From positions 1 through 61,930 of the forward strand of contig JBBAVM010000003.1 in the NCBI GenBank assembly GCA_040397685.1: a DNA stretch of 61,930 nucleotides. Direction: 5' to 3'. The notes below the pieces were generated by a model that saw nothing but the letters and a program-made list of their open reading frames with translations, searched no databases and had not been told where the DNA came from. The DNA is from Pirellulales bacterium (GTDB lineage: Bacteria > Planctomycetota > Planctomycetia > Pirellulales > UBA1268). The first letter of the stretch is position 1, and every line of letters begins with the position of its first letter. Positions 28,536 through 37,141 of the stretch are shown in pieces. Position numbers and translations under genes: made by a program.

Positions 28536-29459
28536 ATGGCTGCGCATCCTCCGGCCGCAGGACCCTTTGCCGCGGCGACCGATCGCTTCCTCCGATTTCT
28601 GGCGGCGGAACGCGGCGCATCTCCACTGACGCTCAAGAGTTATCGCGAGGATCTGCTCCAGCTCGAGGAGTTTCTCGTCTCGGCCGGGTGCCGCGCCCCG
28701 GCGGACGCCTCGAGCGCGCTCTTGCGACGCTTCCAGGCCGGGCTCGGTGCGGCCGGCTACGCGCCTTCGACCGTCGCCCGCAAACTGGCGAGCATGCGGA
28801 GCTTCTATGCGTTCGGCCTCCGCGAGGGGTGGGTCCGCGCCAACCCCGCCAAACCGCTCCGCAGCCCCCGGCGGCCGCGCAAACTGCCCGGCTTCCTCAC
28901 CGGCGATGAAATCTCCCGCCTGCTCGCCACCCCGAAACCGGCGCAGGCAGGCGGCGTCCGCGACCGTGCCATCCTCGAACTGATGTACTCCTCCGGCGTC
29001 CGCGTCCGCGAACTCGTCGGCCTCGACGACGGGGATCTCGATCTCGCCAACGGCACGATCCGGGTCCGGGGCAAGGGCCGCCGCGAGCGGCTCGGGATCG
29101 TGGGCACGCACGCCCGCACCGCCCTCCGCGCCTGGCTCGCCGCCCGTCCCCAGTCAGCCCGGCCGGCGGCGGGACGGAGCCGGCCGCTGTTCACCAACCG
29201 CTTCGGCGGCCGCCTGTCGGTCCGCGGCATCGCCCGCCTGCTGGAAAAGCACCTTGCGACCGCCGGCCTCGCCGGCCGGGCGAGCCCGCACACGCTGCGC
29301 CACAGTTTCGCGACCCATCTCCTCGATGCCGGCGCCGACATCCGCAGCGTCCAGGAACTGCTCGGCCACAAGAGCCTCGTGACCACGCAGATCTACACGC
29401 ACGTCACGACGACGCGGCTCCGCGAAGCCTTCGACAAGGCCCACCCGCGCGCGAAGTGA
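28536..29459 (+). CDS. xerC: Tyrosine site-specific recombinase, XerC/XerD type
   Basis: Start at MAAHPPAAGPF. N-terminal SAM-like domain (FLRFLAAERGASPLTLKSYREDL). Catalytic region ...RDRAILELMYSSGVRVRELVGL..., HTLRHSFATHLLDAGADIRSVQELLGHKSLVTTQIYTHV. Cannot distinguish XerC from XerD. Confidence 0.85.
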   Translation: MAAHPPAAGPFAAATDRFLRFLAAERGASPLTLKSYREDLLQLEEFLVSAGCRAPADASSALLRRFQAGLGAAGYAPSTVARKLASMRSFYAFGLREGWVRANPAKPLRSPRRPRKLPGFLTGDEISRLLATPKPAQAGGVRDRAILELMYSSGVRVRELVGLDDGDLDLANGTIRVRGKGRRERLGIVGTHARTALRAWLAARPQSARPAAGRSRPLFTNRFGGRLSVRGIARLLEKHLATAGLAGRASPHTLRHSFATHLLDAGADIRSVQELLGHKSLVTTQIYTHVTTTRLREAFDKAHPRAK

Positions 29460-29922
29460 CGCTCTCTGATCGTGGGAGCGACGGAGATGGCGTCGCTTGC
29501 CGCGATCAACTCGCCCAATCCGGCGAGGGGTTGCCCCGTACCATCTCGCCGGACGTTCACTGCGCCCTCCGGGCTTCGTTCACTCCTACCGACTGGCGCT
29601 GCGCCATCCATGGCTCCGCCGACCAATTCGCCTGCGGCGAATCGGTGCCCGGGTAAAGCCGGCTCAATGGTAGGGGCAACCCCTCGCCTCCCCGTTCCAG
29701 ACGAGCCAGTTGAGGAGGCTCGGGGCTGCCCATGCCCTCGAGCCGGGCTATGGAAGCGAGCGTAGCCAGGATGGCGAAGCGAAGCGGACATGCAGAGAGC
29801 CGAAGCCTGGAGGGCTGAGGCGAACGTCCGGAGAGAGGGGCTGGGCAGTCACGAGCCGGCGCGCACCATCACGTGAACACCGAAGGCTACGGTGCGGGAG
29901 ACGCTCCCACGATCAGAGAGCG
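29460..29922. mobile_element. MITE-like non-coding element bounded by perfect 21-bp terminal inverted repeats
   Basis: cgctctctgatcgtgggagcg at 29460-29480 and its exact reverse complement cgctcccacgatcagagagcg at 29902-29922. It fills the whole xerC-to-regulator intergenic space and carries repeat family copy 1 inside. No target-site duplication recognised. Confidence 0.45.
29507..29859 (+). repeat. Multi-hairpin intergenic repeat (~350 bp), copy 1
   Basis: Contains a long imperfect palindrome ggcgaggggttgccccgtaccat...atggtaggggcaacccctcgcc plus a second module (gaggaggctcggggctgcccatgccctcgagccgggc...). Matches 34981-35286 in reverse complement. Confidence 0.85.
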
Positions 29923-29932
29923 ACGCTGCCTC

Positions 29933-30574
29933 TTACACGAGGCCGCGGCGGACGGCCCAGACGGCGGCCTGCGTGCGGTCCGAAACGGCGATCTTTCGCA
30001 GGATGTTCTGCACGTGCTCCTTCACGGTCTCGACGCTGATCGTCAGCGATTGCGCGATCTCCTTGTTGGAGAGGCCGAGGGCCATGTGGCGGAGCACCTG
30101 CGTCTCCCGCTGCGTGAGCGGGATGTCGGGATCGGGCGTGGCCACGCGATTGGCCATGGTCGTGGCGACCCGCCGCAGTTCGCCGGCCCGCATCGGCAAC
30201 TGCCCCGTGGCCGCGCCGGTGATCGAGTTGATCAGTTCGCTGCGGGTCGAGCCCTTGAGCATGTAGTCGTGGGCGCCGGCGGCGACGGCCCGGGCCACGT
30301 ACGTCGGGTTGTCGAACGTGGAGAGCATGACGCAGCGGACGTTCGGCATGTCGGCCCGAATTTTTTCCAGGGCCGCCAGGCCGTCCTTGCCGGACATGCG
30401 AATGTCGAGCAGGACGACGTCGGGCTTGAGTTTCTTCGTGAGTTTGACCGCCTCGTCGCCGGTGGCCGCCTCGCCCACGATCTTGACCTCCGACCCGGCC
30501 AGCAGGCTGACCAAACCCCGGCGGACGACCTCATGGTCGTCGGCGATTACAACTTTGACTGCCATGGCTTTCAT
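29933..30574 (-). CDS. NarL/LuxR-family response regulator
   Basis: REC domain (VVIADDHEVVRRG...VVLLDIRMSGKDG) plus LuxR HTH (LTQRETQVLRHMALGLSNKEIAQSLTISVETVKEHV). Confidence 0.9.
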   Translation of the reverse strand: MKAMAVKVVIADDHEVVRRGLVSLLAGSEVKIVGEAATGDEAVKLTKKLKPDVVLLDIRMSGKDGLAALEKIRADMPNVRCVMLSTFDNPTYVARAVAAGAHDYMLKGSTRSELINSITGAATGQLPMRAGELRRVATTMANRVATPDPDIPLTQRETQVLRHMALGLSNKEIAQSLTISVETVKEHVQNILRKIAVSDRTQAAVWAVRRGLV

Positions 30575-30968
30575 TGCTTTCTGCGGCCTCCGGCCGCGAA
30601 AAATTCACGCACTTCACACACATCGACCCGCTCTCCGGCCATCACGAGACGGCCCTCATCAAACCTTAACGATCTCGCCGCCTCCGCGTTGCCCGTCTGG
30701 ACGAAACCGGTCGGTTTGTAAGCATATCGAATCCAAACATTCGCCTGTGCGTCGCCGCTGTGCGGACCTGGGAAATCGGCTTGGCTAAGGTTGTACGGTA
30801 TCCCCCTCGGGAGCCAAACCACCCGGGCGGGCGGTTTTCCACGCAGGTCGGGGCCCTGCCAAGACACTCTCGCCAAGGGGCAAGCCAAACGGGGGCCCAG
30901 CGACGCGGACCGCGCGGAGGCCGACGCCCCCGCCAGGGTGACACTCTGGTGATTCGACGGGGCCGGGA

Positions 30969-31913
30969 TCACCCGCCGGCAGCCCGGGCCGCGGCGAGCA
31001 TCCGATCCGCGCCCGCCTCTTTCAGCCGGCGGGCGACCTCGATGCCGAGCGACTCCGGGCTCTCTTCGGGCCCGGCGACCGCCGATGCCAGGATCCTGTC
31101 CACGCCGGAGCCGCGCTCCTCGAGCACGCAGCCGCCGAGTACGAGGCGGCGATCCTCACCGCCGCGGGCCCAGGCCCCGATCGGGGCCAGGCAGCCGCCG
31201 GCGAGGGACGCGAGAAAGCTCCGTTCCGCGCGGACAGCCGCGTGGGTTTCGGCGTGGCCGAGCGGGGCGATCGCGTTCCGTGTGCGGGCGTCGTCGGAGC
31301 GGGTCTGGACGACGAGGGCGCCCTGCGCGACGGCGGGCCAGAAGGCGTCGGGCTCGAGGATTTCGGTGATCCGGTGTTCGAGGCCGAGTCGCTCGAGCCC
31401 CGCTCCCGCGAGGACGAGGCCGTCGTACTCGCCCGCATCGAGCCGGCGCAGCCGGGAATCGACGTTGCCCCGGACGGGACGGACGACCAGATCGGCCCTG
31501 AGGGCCCGCAGCTGCAGGGCCCTGCGGATGCTCGCCGTCCCGATCACGGCCCCGGGCGGAAGGCTCGCGAGGCTGGCATGACGGCTGCTCACGAGCACAT
31601 CGAAGGGGAGCGCCCGGCGCGGCACGCACGCGAGGGCGAGGCCGGGTGTTTCGGCGGTCGGAAGGTCCTTCAGGCTGTGCACGGCCGCATCGATGCGGCC
31701 CGCGAGCAGCGCCGCCTCGAGTTCCCGCACGAACACTCCGTCGGCCCCGATTCTCGGCACGGGCAGGTCGGCCCGCTCGTCCCCGCTGGTGCTGATCGTC
31801 TCGAGCGTCACGGCGTGCCCGAGGGCGCGGACGTGATCGGCGACCCAGCCGGTCTGGGTTCGCGCGAGCAGGCTACCCCGGGTGCCGATGCGGATACCGT
31901 GCCGCTCCGTCAT
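30969..31913 (-). CDS. hemC: Hydroxymethylbilane synthase (porphobilinogen deaminase)
   Basis: Internal ATG of ORF 30969..32258: MTERHGIRIGTRGSLLARTQ..., SLKDLPT, GNVDSRLRRLD, cofactor Cys in LAGGCLAPIG. Confidence 0.9.
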   Translation of the reverse strand: MTERHGIRIGTRGSLLARTQTGWVADHVRALGHAVTLETISTSGDERADLPVPRIGADGVFVRELEAALLAGRIDAAVHSLKDLPTAETPGLALACVPRRALPFDVLVSSRHASLASLPPGAVIGTASIRRALQLRALRADLVVRPVRGNVDSRLRRLDAGEYDGLVLAGAGLERLGLEHRITEILEPDAFWPAVAQGALVVQTRSDDARTRNAIAPLGHAETHAAVRAERSFLASLAGGCLAPIGAWARGGEDRRLVLGGCVLEERGSGVDRILASAVAGPEESPESLGIEVARRLKEAGADRMLAAARAAGG

Positions 31914-32689
31914 GAGCCCCTCCTCCGAGCACCCGCGGAAAGCCCTTCGGCCCTGGCGACGGCGGCGCCGTAGACCGCCGCGGCGCCCGCGGCCCGCAGG
32001 GCCGCCGCGCAGGCGGAGAGCGTCGCGCCGGTCGTCACCACGTCGTCGATCACGAGCAGCCGTCGGCCGCCCCACGCCCCGCGCACCCGAAACGCATCGG
32101 CCACGTTGGCGGCGCGTTCTTCCGCGGGCAATTCGTTCTGCATCCGCGTGTTGCGGCAGCGACGCAGCGCCGTCGCCACGGGAAGCCGGAGCGCCCGGCC
32201 GACGGCCCGCGCGATCTCCTCCGCGGCGCTCGTGCCGCGCAGCGAGCGGCGCCACCAATGCATCGGCACGGGAACCACCACATCACATCGCGCCGCCTCC
32301 AACTCCGACCGATGCTTCTCCACGAGCAGCGCCGCGAGCCCACGCGCAAGATCCTCCGCTCCGGGCCGTTTGATCTTCAAGACAGCCTCGCGCAGCGCCG
32401 CGTCGTAGCCCCCCAGGAACACGACGCCGTCCCACCCGACCGCCCGGCATCGTCCCGCAGGGCATGCGGCTCCGGTGGCCGACTCCGCTCCGCAGCGCGG
32501 GCAGCGGCCGGCCTTCTCGACGAGTTCACGAACGCAGTGCTGGCAGAGCCCGTGCTCGTGGAGTTCCGGTGCCTCCGGCAGGTCGCCCTCGCGGCGACAC
32601 CACTGACAGCTGCGGGGAAAAAGGAGATCGGCCCCGTCGCCGACCCAGCGGACGACCTGCCGACCCCAGTCTCGTGCCCAGGAAATCAT
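31910..32689 (-). CDS. comF: ComF-family phosphoribosyltransferase-like protein
   Basis: Start at MISWARDW. N-terminal Cys-pair zinc-finger-like motifs (CQWC...CQHC...CPRCG). PRT motif LLVIDDVVTTGATL. Stop overlaps the hemC start (ATGA). Confidence 0.8.
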   Translation of the reverse strand: MISWARDWGRQVVRWVGDGADLLFPRSCQWCRREGDLPEAPELHEHGLCQHCVRELVEKAGRCPRCGAESATGAACPAGRCRAVGWDGVVFLGGYDAALREAVLKIKRPGAEDLARGLAALLVEKHRSELEAARCDVVVPVPMHWWRRSLRGTSAAEEIARAVGRALRLPVATALRRCRNTRMQNELPAEERAANVADAFRVRGAWGGRRLLVIDDVVTTGATLSACAAALRAAGAAAVYGAAVARAEGLSAGARRRGS

Positions 32690-32795
32690 CCGGTCGCCAC
32701 CCGTCGCGCTCAGATTGACGGTGCCCCGGAGGCTTCCTATTCTCTGCCGCCCGCCGGCACGGACCCCGTGCGACCGTCCCTGGTGCATTCGACCG

Positions 32796-33926
32796 ATGCT
32801 CATCGACCGCTACATCACCCGGGCCCAGCTGCACGCCTTCATGATCGTGTTCGTCAGTCTCGCAGGGCTGACGTTCGTTGTCGATGCCTTCACGAACATC
32901 GAGGAGTTCATCGCCCACGGGGCCCGGTCTGGAGGCCTGTGGCGGGTGCTCGGCACCTACTACGGCTGCCGGCTGATCTCCTTCTTCGACGCCACGAGCC
33001 CGGTGATCGCCCTCGCCAGCGCGATGTTCGCGCTGTCGTGGCTCGAACGCCACAACGAGCTCACGGCCCTGCTCGCGGCCGGCATCACCCGGTGGCGGAT
33101 CGCCCGCCCTGCCCTCGTGTTCGCGGCCGTGGTCAGCCTGCTCGCGATGGCGAACCGCGAGATCGTGCTGCCCCGGATTCGCCATGCGTTCGCCCGCAAT
33201 GCCCAGGACCTGCAGGGCGATGCCTCCCATCCGTTCGAGGCCCGCTACGACCACCGGACCGAAATCCTGTTTCGGGGCCGCACGGCCCGGATGGCCGACT
33301 GCCGGATCGAGGCGCCGAGCCTCCTCTTGCCCCCGGCACTCGCGGAATACGGACCGCAGATCGATGCGGCGGAGGCCTTCTGGAGGCCCGCCGAGGAGGA
33401 CCGGCCGGCCGGCTACCTGCTCGTCGGCGTGACCGAACCCGCCGACATCGACCGGCTGGCACCGCTCTCGGCAGGCGACAAGACGGTGGTCCTGACCCGC
33501 TCGACGGCCCCGTGGCTCGCTCCCGGGCAATGCCTGGTCGTGAGCGACGTCACGTTCGAGCAACTGATCGGGTCCACGAACTGGAGCCACTATTCGTCCA
33601 CGATCGACCTGGTTCGTGCGACGCACAACGCCAGCCTCGGTGTCGCCGCCGACGTGCCGTTGCGGGTGCATGCGCGGCTCGTGGCACCGTTTCTCGACAT
33701 GTCGCTCGCCCTGCTCGGCATTCCGCTGGTCGTCGGCCCCAATCGACGCGGAATCTTCGTGGCAGTCGGCCTGTGCGTGGCGATGACGGTGATTTTTTTC
33801 CTGGTGACGCTCGGCTGCCACGCCATGGCGACCGGCTACCTGTTGAGCCCGTCGCTGGGGGCCTGGCTCCCGCTGCTCGTCCTCGCGCCGCTGGCAGCAT
33901 GGCGGGCCCAGCCGATGTGGCAGTGA
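32796..33926 (+). CDS. LptF/LptG (YjgP/YjgQ) family permease
   Basis: Start at MLIDRYITRAQLHAFMIVFVSLAGL (typical family N-terminus). Six-TM layout with a large periplasmic loop. Confidence 0.75.
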   Translation: MLIDRYITRAQLHAFMIVFVSLAGLTFVVDAFTNIEEFIAHGARSGGLWRVLGTYYGCRLISFFDATSPVIALASAMFALSWLERHNELTALLAAGITRWRIARPALVFAAVVSLLAMANREIVLPRIRHAFARNAQDLQGDASHPFEARYDHRTEILFRGRTARMADCRIEAPSLLLPPALAEYGPQIDAAEAFWRPAEEDRPAGYLLVGVTEPADIDRLAPLSAGDKTVVLTRSTAPWLAPGQCLVVSDVTFEQLIGSTNWSHYSSTIDLVRATHNASLGVAADVPLRVHARLVAPFLDMSLALLGIPLVVGPNRRGIFVAVGLCVAMTVIFFLVTLGCHAMATGYLLSPSLGAWLPLLVLAPLAAWRAQPMWQ

Positions 33927-34146
33927 TGCCGATCGTGCGGATTTGAGCGGCGGCCCCCCGCGGCGGCAGACTCGCCGTGACTCGCCGCAACACCGCAAGC
34001 GGCAAGGCCTTCCGCATCCCTCCTGTTTCGCCAGTCCTTTTTTCTCTACCCGGACCCCCACCGCGGCCGATGCTACAGGTACGAACGGGAGTTCGGTTGG
34101 AAAGCCTGATGGACGGGCTTTCACCCGGCAAAGGAGTGCCACGGCC

Positions 34147-34587
34147 ATGCGGATCAATACCACCAGATTCGGGCGGATCGACGTCGATGCCGCCGACGTC
34201 CTGACGTTCCCGAGCGGCCTGCCCGGACTCGAGGATTGCCGCGAGTGGGCGCTGCTCGCCGACGCGTCGAACGACGCCCTCGGTTGGCTGCAGAGCACGA
34301 CCCGGGGCGACATCGCGCTCGCCGTCGTCAGCCCCCGGCGATTCGTGCCCGACTACCAGGTGCGGATTCCGCGCAGCGAACTCACACCCTTGTCGATCAC
34401 CGACATCCGGCAGGCCCAGGTCGTGCTCGTCGTCGGGCAGAACGGCAGAACCCTCACGCTCAATTTGAAGGCGCCAATCGTCATCAACCTCGAAGCCCGC
34501 ACGGGCCGTCAGGTCGTTGCGAGCGGCGAGCTTCCGCTGCAGTTCGAACTCGCCACCCACCAACCCACGCTCAAAAAGAGCGCATAA
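34147..34587 (+). CDS. fliW: Flagellar assembly factor FliW (CsrA antagonist)
   Basis: MRINTTRFGRIDVDAADVLTFPSGLPGLEDCREWALL...LNLKAPIVIN. Lies directly upstream of csrA. Confidence 0.88.
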   Translation: MRINTTRFGRIDVDAADVLTFPSGLPGLEDCREWALLADASNDALGWLQSTTRGDIALAVVSPRRFVPDYQVRIPRSELTPLSITDIRQAQVVLVVGQNGRTLTLNLKAPIVINLEARTGRQVVASGELPLQFELATHQPTLKKSA

Positions 34588-34650
34588 TGACAGTGACCGC
34601 CGGCGGAGGACTCCGCCCGCGCCACGAAAGGATTCAGGAAGGACCCTCCG

Positions 34651-34935
34651 ATGCTCGTACTTTCCAGGCAACGCGACGAAAGCATCATGATCGGCGACAA
34701 CATCGTCGTCACGATCGTGGACATCCGAGGGGACAAGGTCCGGCTGGGCATCAACGCACCGTCCGAGATCCCGGTGCACCGCCAGGAGGTCTACGAGGCC
34801 ATCCAGCGGGAAAACCTCCGGGCCTCGCGGCTGGAGCCGGGTGACACGCAGGGCATCGGTCGGCTCGCCGGCCGCGGTCCGGCCGCAGGCCAGCCCACCC
34901 CGCAAAACCGCCCCACCGACGGCCCGCGCCGGTAG
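34651..34935 (+). CDS. csrA: Carbon storage regulator CsrA (copy 1, FliW-associated) with extended C-terminal tail
   Basis: [51 protein letters not shown]. Confidence 0.93.
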   Translation: MLVLSRQRDESIMIGDNIVVTIVDIRGDKVRLGINAPSEIPVHRQEVYEAIQRENLRASRLEPGDTQGIGRLAGRGPAAGQPTPQNRPTDGPRR

Positions 34936-34942
34936 CAACCCG

Positions 34943-35286
34943 GTGGGACAGGCTCCAGCCTGCCGCCTTCACGCGCCCAACCCGGCTCGTGACTGCCCAG
35001 CCCCTCTCTCCGGACGTTCGCCTCGGCCCTCCCGGCCTCGGCTCTCTGCATGTCCGCTTCGCTTCGCCATCCTGGCTGCGCTCGCTCCCATAGCCCGGCT
35101 CGAGGGCATGGGCAGCCCCGAGCCTCCTCAACTGGAACGAGGGAGGCGAGGGGTTGCCTCTACCATTGAGCCGGCTTTACCGACCAGCGGAGCCAGGATG
35201 GCGCAGCGCCAGTCGGTAGGAGTGAACGAAGCCCGGAGGGCGCAGTGAACGTCCGGCGAGATGGTACGGGGCAACCCCGAAGCCGG
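34943..35286 (-). repeat. Multi-hairpin intergenic repeat, copy 2 (inverted relative to copy 1), plus a short gacaggc-N4-gcctg(c/t)c hairpin module
   Basis: 34981-35286 is the reverse complement of 29507-29859 with a few substitutions and one ~30-bp indel. 34943-34964 (gtgggacaggctccagcctgcc) recurs at 45824-45849. Confidence 0.85.
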
Positions 35287-35317
35287 CGCGTTGCGTCAAG
35301 ACCGCCGCCCCGGATCC

Positions 35318-35899
35318 TCACGTCGAAAAATACGGCGGCTCGTTGCCCGGCTTCCACTTGATGTTGCAGCCCAGGCTCGGCCGCTGGTCGGCGGGAACGG
35401 GCCGGCCGGCCAGCACCGCGTCGAGGGCGGCACGGAGATCGGCGCCGGTCACCGGGATGTCGTTGCCGGGCCGGCTCGCGTCGAGTTGGCCGCGGTACAC
35501 GAGTTTTCGTGCGCCGTCGAAGAGAAAGAAGTCCGGCGTGCAGGCTGCGTGGTAGGCATGGGCCACCTCCTGCGTCTCGTCGTAGAGATACGGAAACACG
35601 TAGCCCCGGTCCTCCGCCTCGTGCACCATCTGCTCGGGCGAGTCGGCGGGATGGGTGGAGACATCGTTCGAGCTGATCGCCACGACGCCGATGCCGCGCG
35701 GCAGGTAGTCGCGGCCCAACTTCGCCAGCTCGTCGGCCACGTGCTTCACGAACGGGCAGTGGTTGCAGATGAACATCACGATCGTGCCGCGCGGGCCCGC
35801 GGCGTCAGCGAGGCCGACCATGCGACCATCCACGTTGGGCAGGGAAAAGTCGGGGGCGAGCGTGCCGAGCGGCAGCATCGTGCTGGGCGTGCGAACCAT
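35318..35899 (-). CDS. Thioredoxin-fold protein (AhpC/TSA-like, CxxC)
   Basis: 193-aa ORF: LGTLAPDFSLPNVDGRMV...IVMFICNHCPFVKH. Confidence 0.82.
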   Translation of the reverse strand: MVRTPSTMLPLGTLAPDFSLPNVDGRMVGLADAAGPRGTIVMFICNHCPFVKHVADELAKLGRDYLPRGIGVVAISSNDVSTHPADSPEQMVHEAEDRGYVFPYLYDETQEVAHAYHAACTPDFFLFDGARKLVYRGQLDASRPGNDIPVTGADLRAALDAVLAGRPVPADQRPSLGCNIKWKPGNEPPYFST

Positions 35900-35921
35900 G
35901 CGGGAACTCCTTGAAAAGAGG

Positions 35922-36695
35922 CTAGCGTTTGAAGAACAGCCGCCGCGCGTTGGCGGTCGTCGCGGCCGCGAGTTTCTCGATCGGCTCGCCGCGGGCGATG
36001 GCCAGGCAGCGGGCCGTGTGGACGAGGTGGCCGGGCTCGTTGCGGCGGCCGCGGCACGGCTCGGGCGAGAGGAACGGGCTGTCGGTCTCGATGAGCAGCC
36101 GGTCGAGCGGCACGCCCGCCGCGACCGTGCGCAGGTCGCCGGCGGAGCGAAACGTCACCATGCCCGCGAAACCGAGGTGACAGCCGAGTTCGACCGCCTC
36201 TGCGGCCTCCGCCGCCGTGCCGGTGAACGAGTGGAGCACGACCGGAAACCCGCCGCGGCCAAGGGCCGCGCCGAGCGTGTCGAGGACGTCGCGGATGCTG
36301 TCCCGCGTGTGCACGACGAGCGGGAGTCCGAGCTTCTGCGCGAGGCGGATGTGCCGCTCGAAATATTCCCGCTGCAGTTCGCGCGGGGCGAGATCGCGAT
36401 ACCAATCCAGGCCCGTCTCGCCGACGGCATGGACGCGACCGGAGGCCACGAGCCGCATCACCCGGTCCCACTCGTCGGGCTCGACCTCGTGGACGTCGTT
36501 GGGGTGGATGCCGGCCGCGCTCGCCAGCCCCGGCTCCCGGCCGGCGAGTTCGGCCGCCGCCTCGCTGTCGGCGGCGCGGGTGCCGACGACGGTCAGACCG
36601 GTGACGCCCGCAGCCCGGGCCCGTGCGAGGACGCCGGGCAGGTCGTCGCCATAGCGCATCGGATCGAGATGGCAATGGCTGTCGAAAAACTCCAT
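35922..36695 (-). CDS. tatD: TatD-family metal-dependent hydrolase
   Basis: MEFFDSHCHLD..., HTRDS, ETDSPFL motifs. Confidence 0.88.
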   Translation of the reverse strand: MEFFDSHCHLDPMRYGDDLPGVLARARAAGVTGLTVVGTRAADSEAAAELAGREPGLASAAGIHPNDVHEVEPDEWDRVMRLVASGRVHAVGETGLDWYRDLAPRELQREYFERHIRLAQKLGLPLVVHTRDSIRDVLDTLGAALGRGGFPVVLHSFTGTAAEAAEAVELGCHLGFAGMVTFRSAGDLRTVAAGVPLDRLLIETDSPFLSPEPCRGRRNEPGHLVHTARCLAIARGEPIEKLAAATTANARRLFFKR

Positions 36696-36697
36696 CG

Positions 36698-37132
36698 TCA
36701 GCCGGCGGCGGCCCGCGGCCGGGCCAGCACCTGCTCCAGGGCGTCGATGTGGGTGCGGGTCGAGGTGGCTGCCTCACGCAGCAGATCCTCGGCCTGCGGA
36801 TCCGTCGCGGCGCCGGCAGCCACGCCGTCGAGGTCGCCGAGGATCGCCTTCAGCCCGGCGATGATCCGCGGCAGGAGCGTCCGCAGGTCGAGGTCGTGGG
36901 TGGCGGTGAACTGGATCGGATAGACGGGCCGCGGGACCTCGACGCCCCGATCCTCGAGCGCGGCGCCCGCCCGCTCGACCAGACTGCGGTGGTCATCGGC
37001 GAGGTCGGCGAGCGCGAGTTTGATCTCCTCGGCGCCCGGGTAGGTCCAGATGCCGGCGTCCGACACGTACATCGCGAGCGACGACCCGAGCGTGGAGACG
37101 AGCCGCGACAATGGAGAGGTGGTGTGATGCAT
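36698..37132 (-). CDS. Hypothetical protein (144 aa) wedged between nuoN and tatD
   Basis: ORF with 9-nt and 2-nt gaps to its neighbours. Helical, acidic; no family recognised. Confidence 0.5.
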   Translation of the reverse strand: MHHTTSPLSRLVSTLGSSLAMYVSDAGIWTYPGAEEIKLALADLADDHRSLVERAGAALEDRGVEVPRPVYPIQFTATHDLDLRTLLPRIIAGLKAILGDLDGVAAGAATDPQAEDLLREAATSTRTHIDALEQVLARPRAAAG

Positions 37133-37141
37133 GGGTTCGGA

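Noticed and set aside
28536-29459. Tyrosine recombinase as a prophage or integrative-element integrase marking an island
   Set aside because: The domain layout and motifs fit housekeeping XerC/XerD. There are no phage or conjugation genes, no flanking tRNA attachment site, and the neighbours are ordinary chromosomal genes.
29655-29680. tRNA-like string gccggctcaatggtaggggca inside the multi-hairpin repeat
   Set aside because: It resembles a tRNA D-arm, but no acceptor stem, anticodon arm or GTTCGAATC-type T-loop can be folded around it.
29710-30039. ORF pair 29710..30039 (+) and 34751..35131 (-) sharing MRRLGAAHALEPGYGSERSQDGEAKRTCREP...
   Set aside because: The shared peptide lies entirely within the inverted repeat copies, starts at a TTG, and diverges as soon as the repeat ends. 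The similarity is explained by DNA repetition and hairpin conservation, not by a protein.
30571-30972. 133-aa minus-strand ORF upstream of the response regulator
   Set aside because: Its third-codon-position G/C bias is visibly weaker than in neighbouring genes, it has no motifs, and it overlaps the hemC 3' end and the regulator start. It is more likely non-coding leader.
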